DNA of 62,821 nucleotides, filler included, from Choristocarpus tenellus KU-1152 (lineage: Eukaryota > Protista > Phaeophyceae), in NCBI GenBank assembly GCA_964200185.2. It is 12 parts of 12 records of this genome, joined end to end, with 100 filler letters (N's around TTAATTAATTAA, not from the genome) between each part and the next. Parts side by side here need not be neighbours in the genome. Positions count along the whole stretch, not along the records: positions 8,468 to 15,297 come from CAXNAD020007256.1; positions 15,398 to 18,093 come from CAXNAD020025572.1; positions 18,194 to 22,957 come from CAXNAD020013151.1; 9 more parts are not named here. One strand, 5' to 3'. Positions 11,145 to 22,957 of this stretch are shown piece by piece (the first letter of the stretch is position 1; every line of letters begins with the position of its first letter). Below the pieces are notes generated by a model that made no database searches, was not told where the DNA came from, and worked only from the letters and a program-made list of their open reading frames with translations. Both the position numbers and the translations under genes were made by a program.

Positions 11145-13574
11145 TCAAAAAGAAAGGTACCGTCTTCTCAGCTATCCACTGATGATAGCAAAGGTTATGA
11201 TTGTAGTTGCGGAGAGATAGAGGGAGTAGAACTGGCTCTATATGTTTCCATTGTAAATTTAAAGTTAGAATATACAAATAATATAGACCGAAGATTTGAT
11301 GGCATAGACGCCTCTTAACATAACAAAATCTGTTGTACTACACACACCTGTGCAATTTCAAAATATTTCGGAAATGTACGTTGTATTACATTATGTTTTA
11401 AAACCTCGACTCCAATTCTTCAACTGGAACTTTTACCCCCCTGTCCTAATTCATTAACTGGTTTTAACCTGGAGTCTGATTCTTAAGACTCCTTTCTTTG
11501 GAGAAGACGTAACCCACTTCCATATGGTCAACAATGTCTAGCTTATTTCCATTGTAAACCTATGTAATACTATCAGGGAAATATGTTTGTAGTTATAATT
11601 AGTAGTAAGTAGATACATGTCATCCATGATATACTACCTACTACTCTTATATTAGTAGTGGTTCATTTTGTGTACCAAAAATATTTTCACAAAGTCACAC
11701 CAGAATTCAGGGAAGGGCTTTTCTTTAAAAAATGTACAAAATGACATCTTTTTTGGTCCTTTCTTGGGATCCTTAAAGTGTAACCCTGTCTACTTCTCAA
11801 TTGGTTTGACTTTGCAACAGTTTGTCTCAGAAATAGTGCAGTGTAGTGTCTTTCACCACGCGTCGAGATCATCCCCAAATAATGTGATGCAACAACAATA
11901 AAAATGTCGCCTTTTTGTTCCCTCCATGAAAACGTGTCCAAAATTTCAGTGCGCATAATAAATACTTTGATCATAATATAGTTTTCATTGGTTTCCCCCT
12001 GACACATCTGCAAAATGTCAGAGGGCATAATAATAAAATCATAATATACTTCAAAGTACTACAATAGTTGTATCGTGTATCTACACTTTGTGTTCTTCCA
12101 AGTATTATGTAATGCATATTATGCCATCACCCAGAATAATAATGTCGTTTAACTTAATAATAATAAGCAAATAATTTCTATACATGATTGCTTTGGAGTT
12201 TATTCATTTCTCCATATATATATTATTTGTCTTCACAATAGTCTGAAAGGTCCCAGGTCCCACAAGACCCATGGCCGAAAGGTATCCGAAGCAAAGATAG
12301 AAATGACGTGTAGAGGTCCAGATTTCTCGACCCATCAGCGGGAAGACAAGGGTGTTTTATTGGATCTCGACCGCTGGGAATTTCTTTCCACTTTTGTGGA
12401 AGCCCCTAATACATACCTCATATTAAAATATTTCAGTACCCCTTGGTCCAATATATCGAAATAACGGTCAAGGATGGCAGACAAGACAAAAGCTCGCTAG
12501 AAGACAGTCAAGGGTCAAAGTAATAGTCACGTGAAGAAGGCAATACATAATATGTTCTCCTTGAGAAATAACAAAATCCTGTGGAAGAAAAATGAGGAAA
12601 AACAGTACAAAAGAAAGAAAATAAGAAGAGAAAGAACGCAGTGTATGTACGAGAGTAACGAAGAGAACCGAGATGTAACGGTCTAACAAATAAGAACTTC
12701 AGTACCTAAAAGAAAAGACGCAAGGACGTCAAGCCAAAAGAGAAACATAATGGGGAATCGGTACTGAGCACACACTGGTGGTCATCGTGGTGGTCGTCGT
12801 GTTTCCTTGGACTGCCTTAACTGCCACCTTAGGATGGCGTACATTACCTATCACAATTTCCTTCGAATGCCAATCTGCCATGAAGCTTGGTGTGCCACCA
12901 TCCACACAATTGTACGACCTCTGTCGATCGATCACGGTTGTGCCCCACCACCCCCCAATCATGATGACCAAACTTCTTGTGGTTTTGTTATACTTTCTCC
13001 GTTCGGAATTAAATGTAGTAGCATAACTTTTGCGAGCTCTGTTCTCACCTGGGAAGGACCCACACTCTAGAAGAGTCTTAGTTCTCATATAGATTGGGAG
13101 GCGTCCAAAGTTTGAGGTGGTGGCCTGTCATGACTATGGGGGATCACCAGTGTAAAGGCGACCAAGTCGCATTTGACGGGGGTTGAAAACCTCCTGAAAC
13201 TATCATAGCGGGTGTTTATTGGGATGCCTAGGACAAAGGCCCCCTGTCGTCGCCCATCGGTCCCAATTGTTCGGCCCCAAAGCCCGTCTGGAGTCAGGAC
13301 TCAAACACCCCGACAAAGAACAGCGTGGTGATGCAATGCCTGGAGGTGAGAGGGCACAAGACTCGGATGCCTCAGGGGACAGCGGCAACCACTGCGGACG
13401 ACTTTGGAATTTCACAAATCACTGTGTTCCGTCATCTGAAGGAGTATATGCATGAACCTTGTATGATGTCACAAGGGTTGATGTGATACCGTACAAGTAT
13501 CCTTGACGTTTGGGATATCCCATCAGTACACCGCACATCCTTCTGCAAAAGGGCGGCCAAGGCTGGGGTCTCCC

Positions 13575-14620
13575 CTGCCTTGTTGTGGGATTTTTGCAGC
13601 GTGAGAAGGTGAAGAAGGTCAAGAGGTGGATTATTGCAGTCCTCTCAGACCAGCAGAGAGTCAACAGGGTGGATTTTGTCATCAGCCACATGAACAGGAG
13701 GGGAGGAAGTGGGGTAGTAGTGGACGATCTACATGACTGGGTGCATGTGGGCAAGAAGTGATTTTACATTCTCAGAGATGGGCAAGGTGTGTACCTACAC
13801 CCCAATGAGGACCCCCCTAAACCCTCATGGGCACAGAATATGTGTTACATTACGAAGGTGAAGTTCCTTGCAGCTGTGGCCCGCCTGAGGAAACTCTACA
13901 ACGGGGTGTGGTTGGATGAGAAAATCGGGATCTCCCCAATCGTGGACCCTAAGGTCGCTCAGCGTTCCGGCAAACACTGCCCCAAGGGCACCAAGATGCT
14001 TGTGCCAGCCATGGTGGACGGGGAGAGGTGTAAGAAGCTCATGATTGAGGATGTCATCCCGGCAATCAAGGCTTGCATTCCTGGGCCGGAAGGACACACC
14101 ATCTTCATGCAGCAGGACGGGGCAAAGCCACACACTAAGGGGGGGATATCGTGGCAATTGAGGAGGCAATGGGGGACGACATTGTCATAGACACCCAGCC
14201 AGCCAACTCACCTGACCTAGGCATCAACGACCTGGGATTCTTTCATTCCATCCAGCAACTGAAGGAAGACGTGGGGGTAACCAACTCAGAGGAGCTGGTG
14301 GAGGCCACAATATAAGCGTTTGGTGTGTACCTCCAGGAGACACTAGAGTACGTCTGGCAGAGTCTCTTCAAAGTCTTGCGGTGAAGTACTAGGTTTCAAG
14401 GGTGACTATGTCTTTAAAATTCCCCATCTTAGCAAGGAAAGACTGAGAACTGGGGGAGGAATCATAGACAGGTGTTGGCTGTCTCATTTTGCTTGAGATT
14501 TTGGTGGGCAACCTTTTAGAGTCTACAAAATGCACCCATAAAATATGAACATGTGAAAAGATCTTGTTTCTTCATCTGGGCTGCAAACGTTATGTTGCAT
14601 TTAACTCCGAACGGAGGGAG
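13575..14620 (+). mobile_element. Degenerate plant-type mariner (DD39D-like) transposon, transposase pseudogene plus right TIR
   Basis: Motifs WVHVGKK*FY (cf. HIDEKWFY), ITKVKFLAAVAR, KIGISPIV, FMQQDGAKPH, QPANSPDLGINDLGFFHSIQ, with stops and a frameshift. Ends ACGGAGGGAG|TA at 14611-14622 (reverse complement of the Stowaway-type TA|CTCCCTCCGT). Confidence 0.92.
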
Positions 14621-15097
14621 TAGGGCACATCAACTAGTTCTTCTCTTGTCCACTCCGCTTCCGTTTCCCTTCCACAAGCTTCCCACTCATCAACACCTTA
14701 GAAAGTCATTCATCCCTCACACGTGCAACTGACCCTGTGAACAGGAGTCCGTTTTTGCACGGTTGCCTCTATACACTCACACTCAGGTTGCACAATGGCG
14801 TCTTTGGTGGGTAGTGTATGATCAGTATGTTTCATTTGCAGAATCTGATGGAAGGTAGGTTTAATTTGTGGTGATTGAACCAAAGGTTCATATAGTAGAC
14901 CTGGCAGGGGTACATGCCATATAACCATGTAACAGAAACTCAAATAAATCAGCCTTGAGCACTTGTGTTTTAAGCTCAACTGATGCACCCAAGGTCCCTG
15001 TCATAGCACTTCACTACATTTGGAGAAACAATTCTAAGCCTTTTTAATCCTTCGGCTGATCATGGTCTGGTAGTGTTGAGCCAAAATAAAGGAGAGA

Positions 15098-15245
15098 TAC
15101 CCAGGGTTTGACCGTTTTGTGTTTTTGATCAGATAATAATAATAATATTTTTAGTCTTTCGCAGTTCATCAATATCTCTATTGATGAAGTGCTATGTTCG
15201 ACTTGAGAACGTTGATTTCTCTATTGTGTTAGAAATTTGGACACA
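15098..15245. repeat. ~150-bp repeat (probable transposon end), also at 22675-22800 (inverted) and ~59072-59215
   Basis: Starts TACCCAGGGTTTGACCGTTTTG (cf. TACTCAGGTTTTGTCCGTTTTG at 59073); GATGAAGTGCTA...GAGAACGTTG core shared with the inverted copy at 22675-22800. Confidence 0.65.
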
Positions 15246-15271
15246 CAATTCAAAGACATCCTACACGAATT

Positions 15272-15297
15272 GGCTCAAAGTATCTGGGGGGTGGGGG
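15272..15297. mobile_element. Left TIR of AAAGTATCT-family MITE at contig end
   Basis: GGCTCAAAGTATCTGGGGGG. Confidence 0.75.
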
Positions 15298-15397
15298 NNN
15301 NNNNNNNNNNNNNNNNNNNNNNNNNNNNNNNNNNNNNNNNNTTAATTAATTAANNNNNNNNNNNNNNNNNNNNNNNNNNNNNNNNNNNNNNNNNNNN

Positions 15398-15440
15398 ATC
15401 CTCATAGTCCCGCTCCATCCTCAATTTTGCGAATCCACTG
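15398..15440. mobile_element. End of a CAG-terminated (hAT-like) element; other ends at 18034-18093, 56010-56073, 59235-59298, 59399-59463
   Basis: Approximate consensus CAGTGGATT....AAAATTGAGGATGGAGCGGGACTATGAGGAT seen at five contig edges. The CAG terminus is typical of hAT TIRs; classification is inference. Confidence 0.65.
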
Positions 15441-16490
15441 TTTACTAATGCTACCACTACTGCTATTTTCATCATCCAGTCGGAAGAACAGGCATCAATT
15501 TCAGAGTTATAGGGTAGTACAACTCATAATGGAGCTTGAGTTGCTTAAAGAATTTTGTCTTCCTTCATCCATCGTGGCTTGACGCAATCACATTCAATAC
15601 CAACGCTGCATCTTATCATTGCTTGTGCAAGCGAAACCGGAGGTTCATCGAGAAGCATATTTATGGAGGAACTTCACTGGAAGGCGGGAAGTGAAAACGG
15701 TGCATGACGATAATACGTGATAATACTGTGCAGGCAACTCGGGCAGGGATTTCTCTCGTTCCATCCTCACTCAAGAGACGTGTTCGATTGGGGGGCACCA
15801 TCAGGATCTTGGGTGTGTATTGCTTGGGGAAAGGACAATGATGAGATTTGATTGGCATTATGTTGGTAGAAGCCTATAAAGTTGTGTGGAATGGATAAAT
15901 CCAAGATCGATCGTCAGTCATCAAACCTGAGTTTCTGGTCAAAGCTTTACTTCATAATACCCCTGATTGATCACCCGGTCAAGGCATCAAGAGCTCAAAT
16001 TCGACACCACGTCACGTTTCTTCACAACTCGCTCCTCATCCTCTCGCTCATTCCTCTTGCTCACCCTTTCTTCTGCCAGTGCTCTTCCTTACTCTTTCCG
16101 CTTCGGCTCTCAAGTTCATGCACGTGTCGCATATTTTGTTTCGAAATAGCCCTAAATCTGTACCGAGAAGTGAATGCGGAAACACGATCCTTTTCAGTCC
16201 CATTTTCAGTGGTTGCGTGGCACCCGGCGGCGGGTACAACCCTACCCCATTATCACACATCTCAGCATCTCACCAAGAGCCATATGACTCTTACTTAGCC
16301 TCCAGACTATCTGCGACATGAGTCCCATAACCAATATGGTCACCCTGGTGAGTCCACCATCCTTCACCAGAAAGAAGCCCATTGACCAGGGGTAAACTTG
16401 CGAGCTGAGAGAGGAAGGTCAAAACGTGCTGGCCGTATGCCACACTTTAGTGCTACCTCCCAGTCAGTAACAAAAGGCTTCTGAATTGCA

Positions 16491-17814
16491 TTGAACCAGA
16501 GTTGGCAGAGCAGTTTGGAATTTGTGAACATCCAAGACAACTGCGGATGCATGAATGAGAACAATCGGACAATGACCAACACACTTTCATTGAAATCAGC
16601 ATCACAAAACAAGCGACCATTGGGCTTCACACTGACAAAGCATGTGAAGATTCGAAAGGTCAATGCCGCAAATCAAACCCTGACCCTCGATCAGCTGCCT
16701 GTCAAGCTAGCTGAAGTCGATCTCATAACCGGCAGCTCAAAGCTGAAGCAATGGCTCGAAGTGATGGGCAAACCGAAGGTGAAATGACACATTACCCTGA
16801 GCCTGTCGCTAACACATCGACAGAACTAGTAGATTTCATCCGTGACTTAGCAGCAAGGAACAGCATCGATTGCAGAAGTGACCTCAACACGATTCACATA
16901 TCAACGAAGCGTGGTTCGACCTTATTCGCGAGGGGGAGTGCATCTGCATGTTCCTGGGGGGGGAAAGGGTGGGCTCCACCAAGGTACAGCACAAGAGTCG
17001 CATTCCTGAGGTGATGTTCATCGACGACGTTTTGCACCCACATCACCCCCACGGTTTTGATGGCAAGATAGGAATTTTTTTGTTTGGATCGTCAAGCAGG
17101 CGCAGATAAATTCGGCACGCTACAAGAGGGGGCAGTAGTGTGACTTCAATGTGTTCTTGGCAGTAGTAGTACCATGCCAAGTGGTACCGGGAGTGATATA
17201 TGGAGACCTTTCTCCCTGCACTAAAGGAAAAAATGCCATGGTTGGAGGTTGAGGAGGTGGTCACGCAGCAGGACGGAGTGATCCCCAATATTGGAAAAGA
17301 CACATTGCAGAAACTCAACAAAGTTGGGAGGGAGGGGGGGTGGAACATCAAGCTCGTACTCAACATGCGCGATTATTTGATTTCAATGTCAATGATTGGG
17401 GGTTGTTTGCATCCCTAAAAGGAGATTTTGGAGGGAGCATTACAGTACAACCTTGTGAAGGGGGTAGAGACCATATATGGTGCAAATGACACACCTACTT
17501 TAGAGAGAGTGTGGCAGAGCCTCTTTAAACGGTACAATCAAGTTTTGAAGGCAACAGGGGTAACGATTTCGTTGTGCAGCATACCGGAACTAAGAAAAGC
17601 AAGTGTAAGGGAAGTATGACCAAATCGATCAGAATCAACGGAGGGACTTTCGACACTGAGATGGATCGGTGGATTGATGGGCACAAAGAAAGTGACGAAG
17701 AATGATTTTCACGTAAAAAAACATCAAGGAATCCAACACAAGAATAGTTTTTTCAATGGAGGTCATTTCGAGAAGTTAAACCCTTAATGTTGCAGACTCA
17801 TGGGACAGAGGGAG
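16491..17814 (+). mobile_element. Second, divergent degenerate plant-type mariner transposon with right TIR
   Basis: Fragments HINEAWFD, KVQHKSRIPEVMF, GFDGKIGIF, FLPALKEKMPW...VTQQDG, TLERVWQSLFKRYNQVL. Ends GGGACAGAGGGAG|TA at 17802-17816 (Stowaway-type TIR plus TA target). Confidence 0.88.
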
Positions 17815-18249
17815 TATCACTTGAGACAGTGAAGCTTATGAATCTGGCATGACTTTTATCTAGTGTCCTCAAGAATCTGAGAGCAGGAAATGGTCACAGA
17901 GGAAAGGAACAATAGCCAATATGGATTAAAACACAGGAGGAACAGGAATGCAACAAGGCCGAGTTTGTTTTTTGTAGATAAATATTTGTGCAGTCTTCCA
18001 AAATAGTTGTCATGTATCAACTTACATACATAACAGAGGATTTTCAAAATTGGGGATGGAGCGGGACTACGAGGATGGTTGTTTTGCGAAAACNNNNNNN
18101 NNNNNNNNNNNNNNNNNNNNNNNNNNNNNNNNNNNNNTTAATTAATTAANNNNNNNNNNNNNNNNNNNNNNNNNNNNNNNNNNNNNNNNNNNNAAAACCA
18201 AAAACCCCAAAACACCCCCCACAAAAAAATCCTCCCCCAACTGGGCCCC

Positions 18250-18284
18250 CCCCCCCCCCCCCCCCCCCCCAGATACTTTGAGCC
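18250..18284. mobile_element. Right TIR of AAAGTATCT-family MITE near contig start
   Basis: C-run followed by AGATACTTTGAGCC. Confidence 0.7.
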
Positions 18285-18551
18285 ATCGTGAGTTAGTGAC
18301 TGAACCTAAAAATAATTGGTTTAGCTTCTTCCCTGATACATCTCTGCAAAATGTGAGAGGATAATAATGTATGTAAATGTATATATTGTAACCTTTAACA
18401 ATATGCTTATCTTTGAAGGAAAATGAAAATCAGATCATAACTACTACATCGTAGTACATACCCATCTCATTCTCCAATTATCTCCAATTGGGAGGAAAGG
18501 GTCTGCATCGTCGCATCTACGACTCGAACGACCCATCCCCGGCGAGGAGCG

Positions 18552-18870
18552 GACCTTGCGACCATGCGTGAAGTCATTCAGACACAGTCGCATCAATGGC
18601 CTGCACTCGAGAGCATGGCTTCAGGGCCGCTCTCTCTACGACCTTGAGGCTATACAAGAGTGCAGGTCGCCTCATTGTATAGACATGGTTGTATCAATGG
18701 CTTGCACTAAAGACCATGCCTTCAGGGTCCCTCTCTAAGACCTTGAGCCCATGCCAGAATGTAGAGCCCCTTACTGTTGCACCAGGTCACATCAATAGCT
18801 TGTGCTTTCTAGACAGTAACTTTAGGATCTCCCTCTGATAAAGGGAAGACCTCGAGATTATGCGTGAGGG
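18552..18870. repeat. Degenerate tandem repeat, ~90-105 bp unit, ~3.3 copies
   Basis: GACCT(T/C)G unit starts at ~18552, ~18640, ~18739, ~18847, with shared ATCAAT(G/A)GC...CAGGG..C.CTCT cores. Confidence 0.7.
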
Positions 18871-19349
18871 CGCTTGCAGCATTGCTGTCGCGTGTCCCGT
18901 GTGTCCTGATTTTATGTAGAGTAGGTTCTACTTTATTTGCATACTCAATCTTGTCATTGGTGCTCTCGCTGTTCATTTGAATTCTCCTGCATTGCAGTTA
19001 CCGTTTTTAGATACTGAAGTAACCAATACCAATTCACTACTCAGAAACAGACTTACGCTGTCAGCATTTCCAGAAAGGCAGAAAGTAGCTAAGGGAACAC
19101 AGGATGTGCTTTGTCTGCCACCCATAGTTACCCCCGTCAAAAAGGCATGATATAACGAGAAGGAGAAGAGACTGGATATTTGGGCTGTGTACGTTGAGAA
19201 GGAGACAAAAGAAGAGCAATGCAAGTCAGAGATTTCCAGTGTTCAGGAGAAGTGAACAAGAGTACATTGGAGATGGCAAAAGGGTGTGGGAGAGAGATTG
19301 TTACATATGGATGAGTGAGCCACAATACCCAACTGGATTTAGTCGCAAC

Positions 19350-19745
19350 GAGGGGAGAGTCTCTCCATGACAGTATTATACTTCCATAGAGCTGTGAGGC
19401 ATACTACTTTTTTGTTTGTATATATTTGCGCTCCTCTCTGTGGAAGGGGGGGGCTCTTTTTCAATGTTGATGTGATTTTGTGCTACAATTATCTGTATTC
19501 ATCATGGTTCTGAAAGGTGGAGCGTCTTTCTATGAGAGTATCTTATTTCCATGTTATTGTGAGGCATACTACTTTTGTGCATTTGTTCGTGTTCATAGTT
19601 CTGAAAGCGGGAGAGCCTTTCTGTGACAATACCCTGTTTCTATGTTAATGTGATTTTGAGTGTGTATTTTTTGTTGCTGTTTTCGTCCTTCTGAAAGGGG
19701 GAGCGATAGTCCCTCGATGACAGTAGCCTATTTCAACGTGAATGA
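19350..19745. repeat. Degenerate tandem repeat, ~80-100 bp unit, ~4-5 copies
   Basis: Recurring TCTGAAAG..GGAG, ATGACAGTA and TGTGAGGCATACTACTTTT blocks. Confidence 0.7.
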
Positions 19746-20559
19746 AAGACTTTGATGTAAGAGACTTTCCCTCAAACATTTAGTCAGATGCAGAGTGATT
19801 GTCGTGAGGTGCGAGTGTCACACTAGCATATCCGCCATCAGGAGAGACATCGGAAGGGGGTCTTTCCTCCAGGTATCCTCTTTAGCTGGATCCTGAACAC
19901 TGCTTACTGATATGTTAGGACCTGGACGTGATATTCACGTCAGTCCCGCTACGTTCATGATAGGATAAGGAGAATCCATTTTATTTATTGACCAATCACC
20001 TGTTCATCAAACTGAAGCAGTCATGCCTCACATAGGGAGTTGTGTCACAGCCGATGCATCTTATTGGCGGTTTCATAAACGCCCTTATGAGCTTGAAGTC
20101 CTATTTTTTTTATGTCGTGCTTCTTACTATTTTTCCATTACTCAGTCACCCTGAGACCATCCTTTGCCCATGCCATGTGTGTGTGTGTTAGTCCTCTTTC
20201 TATAACCCAATCAAATCGTAAAGTGAATAGTCAAAGTGAGAGAGCATATTTGATATGTTTTAATGTTGATGCCGTCTTTGATCCTCTTCATCTGTCTACA
20301 AATTTGTCGATTGGAGCTACGTATCCTATAAACGGAAGCTGCTGATATCGTTTGAAACAGATCATGCCCTACCCTACAAAATCCTGTCATGAAGACTGAA
20401 CGAGAAAGCATTGAGGCAACAGTGCACAACCATAATATTCCTATTTGCTGGGTCAGTTGCTCGTATGGGGAATGAGGAGAAGAATTAGTGAGCATGTCTC
20501 CAAGACAACATTGACAAATTTGAGATTGGAGTTGAGGGTTGGACGAAAAGAATAATTAA

Positions 20560-22672
20560 TCAACAGGAATGATGGTACGAGTGTGTAGCTAATGGCACAA
20601 TGAGGTTCATGGTCAAACAGCATCCCAAGGAATCTGTCATAGGTAATGTATGTGTCACACCAAAGCAACAGCAAGGATCGCCCCAGTCCCTAATAGCTGT
20701 GTTGCCTGCACCAATGTCCGCACTGTCTATAAAAAAATCAGTAAAAGTAAACGAGAGGTACCCAGAGTTGCATTTTAAGGATGCTGACAAACATGTGTGA
20801 AATTCGTCTTTTCTTACTAATGAGTAGAGGATATTCTCTGAATATAGTGGTACCAGCAACTTCGCCCTCTGAGGTTGTCCCATCATATCTTTCCATGTAG
20901 ACATCGGGTTAAAGACATAAAAGCATATTCGTGATGCCGGTCACCATGCCCTCCAGGGTAGGGGCTTCGTTTTTTAGCTTCGTTCTTTCTCAACTTGTTT
21001 TTCCTTTTTCGAAGAAAGACCGCTCATATTGGGGGGTTCGAACCCTGAATTGTAGGTAACCAAGAGTGCCAACAGATGACTATTACTTGATTAAAGTATA
21101 GGGTATAGGCAGGGGAAAAGCCTCCCCAACCTTTCTTCCTGCGTGCTCGCCCAATCACTCTTTGACCTCGGCAAGGATGTCCTCGTCGACGCCCAGGACG
21201 AAACGCCTCTCATAGTGTGTTGAAACACTAGTAAGCCCCTGAGCTCTTGCTCTGACACCTTGATGTAGCCCTTAGTTAGGAAGTCTCTCTCTCTCCCATT
21301 TACTCACAGTTTCCAGCCTGACCATCTCATATCCTGCTGCCGGCTTGAGTTGATCGAGAATTGTGTTGATTTCTCGAACGAATGCAGGCTGGGAGAAAGC
21401 CTTAATCAACTTTATACGTCCAACCCCAAGTCCAGGAACAAAACTGAGCATAGGTCATCTTGCAAGAAGTGGGAAACACCAAACCATTGGTGTGCAAATA
21501 GTCTCAATCTTACCTCCTTTTCTTCCCTGGCGTCCGCGTCGATGGCTACCTCCATCTGCTTCGCGACCTCTTCAAGTAAAGGATTTGGAGGTATCGAAAA
21601 GTCTCCACAGCTGCATTTGTTACCATCGCTTTCTCCTCCATCTTGCAAGCCCTTTCGACCTTCTTTCGGACTTCAGATCCCTTATAGCCCAACCCTGAAA
21701 TCTTCTTTGTTGTTTCCTTAAGCCACTCCGGCTCGCACATTTTATAATAACCCAAGGCCTGCTGCAACTGTCGACTATTAAGATATCCTACAACCGGGTT
21801 TTCGCTTAGTCATTTCCTGGGCGCAATGGCACGCAGTCGCACTGCTCTTTTCCTCACTCTTCCCTTCGGTCGGCCACCCCGGTTCTCCCTTCGCCTGCCG
21901 TGACCAGGCTTCTCCACAGACTTCGTCACTGTACCACCTGGTGATGAACTCGCTGCCCTCTTCCTGCTTTCCCGAGGTGGCAGAGACTGCAGAGTAGTGC
22001 TCCGACGTGGTTGAAGATCGAACCACGTTAGTGTGTTAATCTTTTCAATGCATTTTCTCTCAGCGTCAGCGTCGCGGCCCTGTGATCCATTTCGCAATTT
22101 GAATGTGCTGCTGCGCCACAGTACACGCACCTTCTCGCCACCTAAATTCGCATTGAGTGTCACACGGTACTTGCTATTCCGTCGCCTCTCGACAGAGAAG
22201 GTGCCAAGGTTAGATTCAGGGGGCAGAGTGACCTCGGTGGCTCTCGTTGTCTCACGGTCATGGTTCATGTTGCTGTGTAAGTCACGCGTGTGTGTGCTGA
22301 CAGAAAGTTCGTAAAAGGCGTCAAAAGGTGTCCAGAAATTTGAGGGTTTTTTTCGGTATTTCCACACCTGCCAAACTTGGGCAGCGACGTACGCCAGACC
22401 AGATTTTTGCAAGGAGTTCAGCCAACCACTTCATTTTTGTCCGTTTGAAGTCGTGACTTTCAAAATTGCACCGGAGATATCTCCCCACGTTTTTCCATTA
22501 CTTGATCGGGACATAGCTCCCGTTTCCCGAAGCCTGGACATTTGTGGATACAAATCTTCAAAAGCTCTTGTCATACCCTTTCACTTGATATATACATTGT
22601 TGTATAACTATTGTGGTAACCCAGTGAAACAAAATATGATTGCCACAGAGGGCGAAGCTACTGGTACCACCT
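20560..22672 (-). repeat. Unclassified interspersed repeat with decayed ORF (copy B)
   Basis: Homologous to 5948-7405. ORF fragments 21810-22412, 21546-21767 and 20560-20904 appear to be pieces of one broken reading frame. Confidence 0.85.
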
Positions 22673-22800
22673 TCGTGTCGAAATTTTTTAAACAATAATG
22701 AAACCAACGTTCTCTTCGAGTCAAGTCAATCTTAGCACTTCATCCATACAAATATGGGTGAGTTGCGAAATATTTTAAAACTGGCTTAAAATGCAAAAGC

Positions 22801-22957
22801 GGCTCAGTGTATCTGGGGGGGGTGGCGACTGTCCATTTGGGGCCAATTTTTACATGTCCCGATTTTTGGGTTATTTGATTGCATACGTCGGATGGAAAAT
22901 GTAAGTGCACTTTTCCTGGATATGACTCAAATGGACACCCTGGTGTAGACTCCCCCC
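22801..22957. mobile_element. MITE (~160 bp, AAAGTATCT-TIR family), right TIR lost at contig edge
   Basis: GGCTCAGTGTATCTGGGGGG...GTCCATTTGGGG...CAAATGGACACCCTGGTGTAGACTCCCCCC; matches 4357-4519. Confidence 0.85.

Noticed and set aside
12729-13560. Possible Copia pol remnant on the minus strand (GVLMGYPK...YKV)
   Set aside because: Similarity is limited to a few residues; too weak to call without a profile search.
18552-19745. CRISPR-like array or ankyrin repeats
   Set aside because: Units are similar along their whole length with no unique spacers, no cas genes, eukaryotic context, and no ankyrin consensus in the frames I read.
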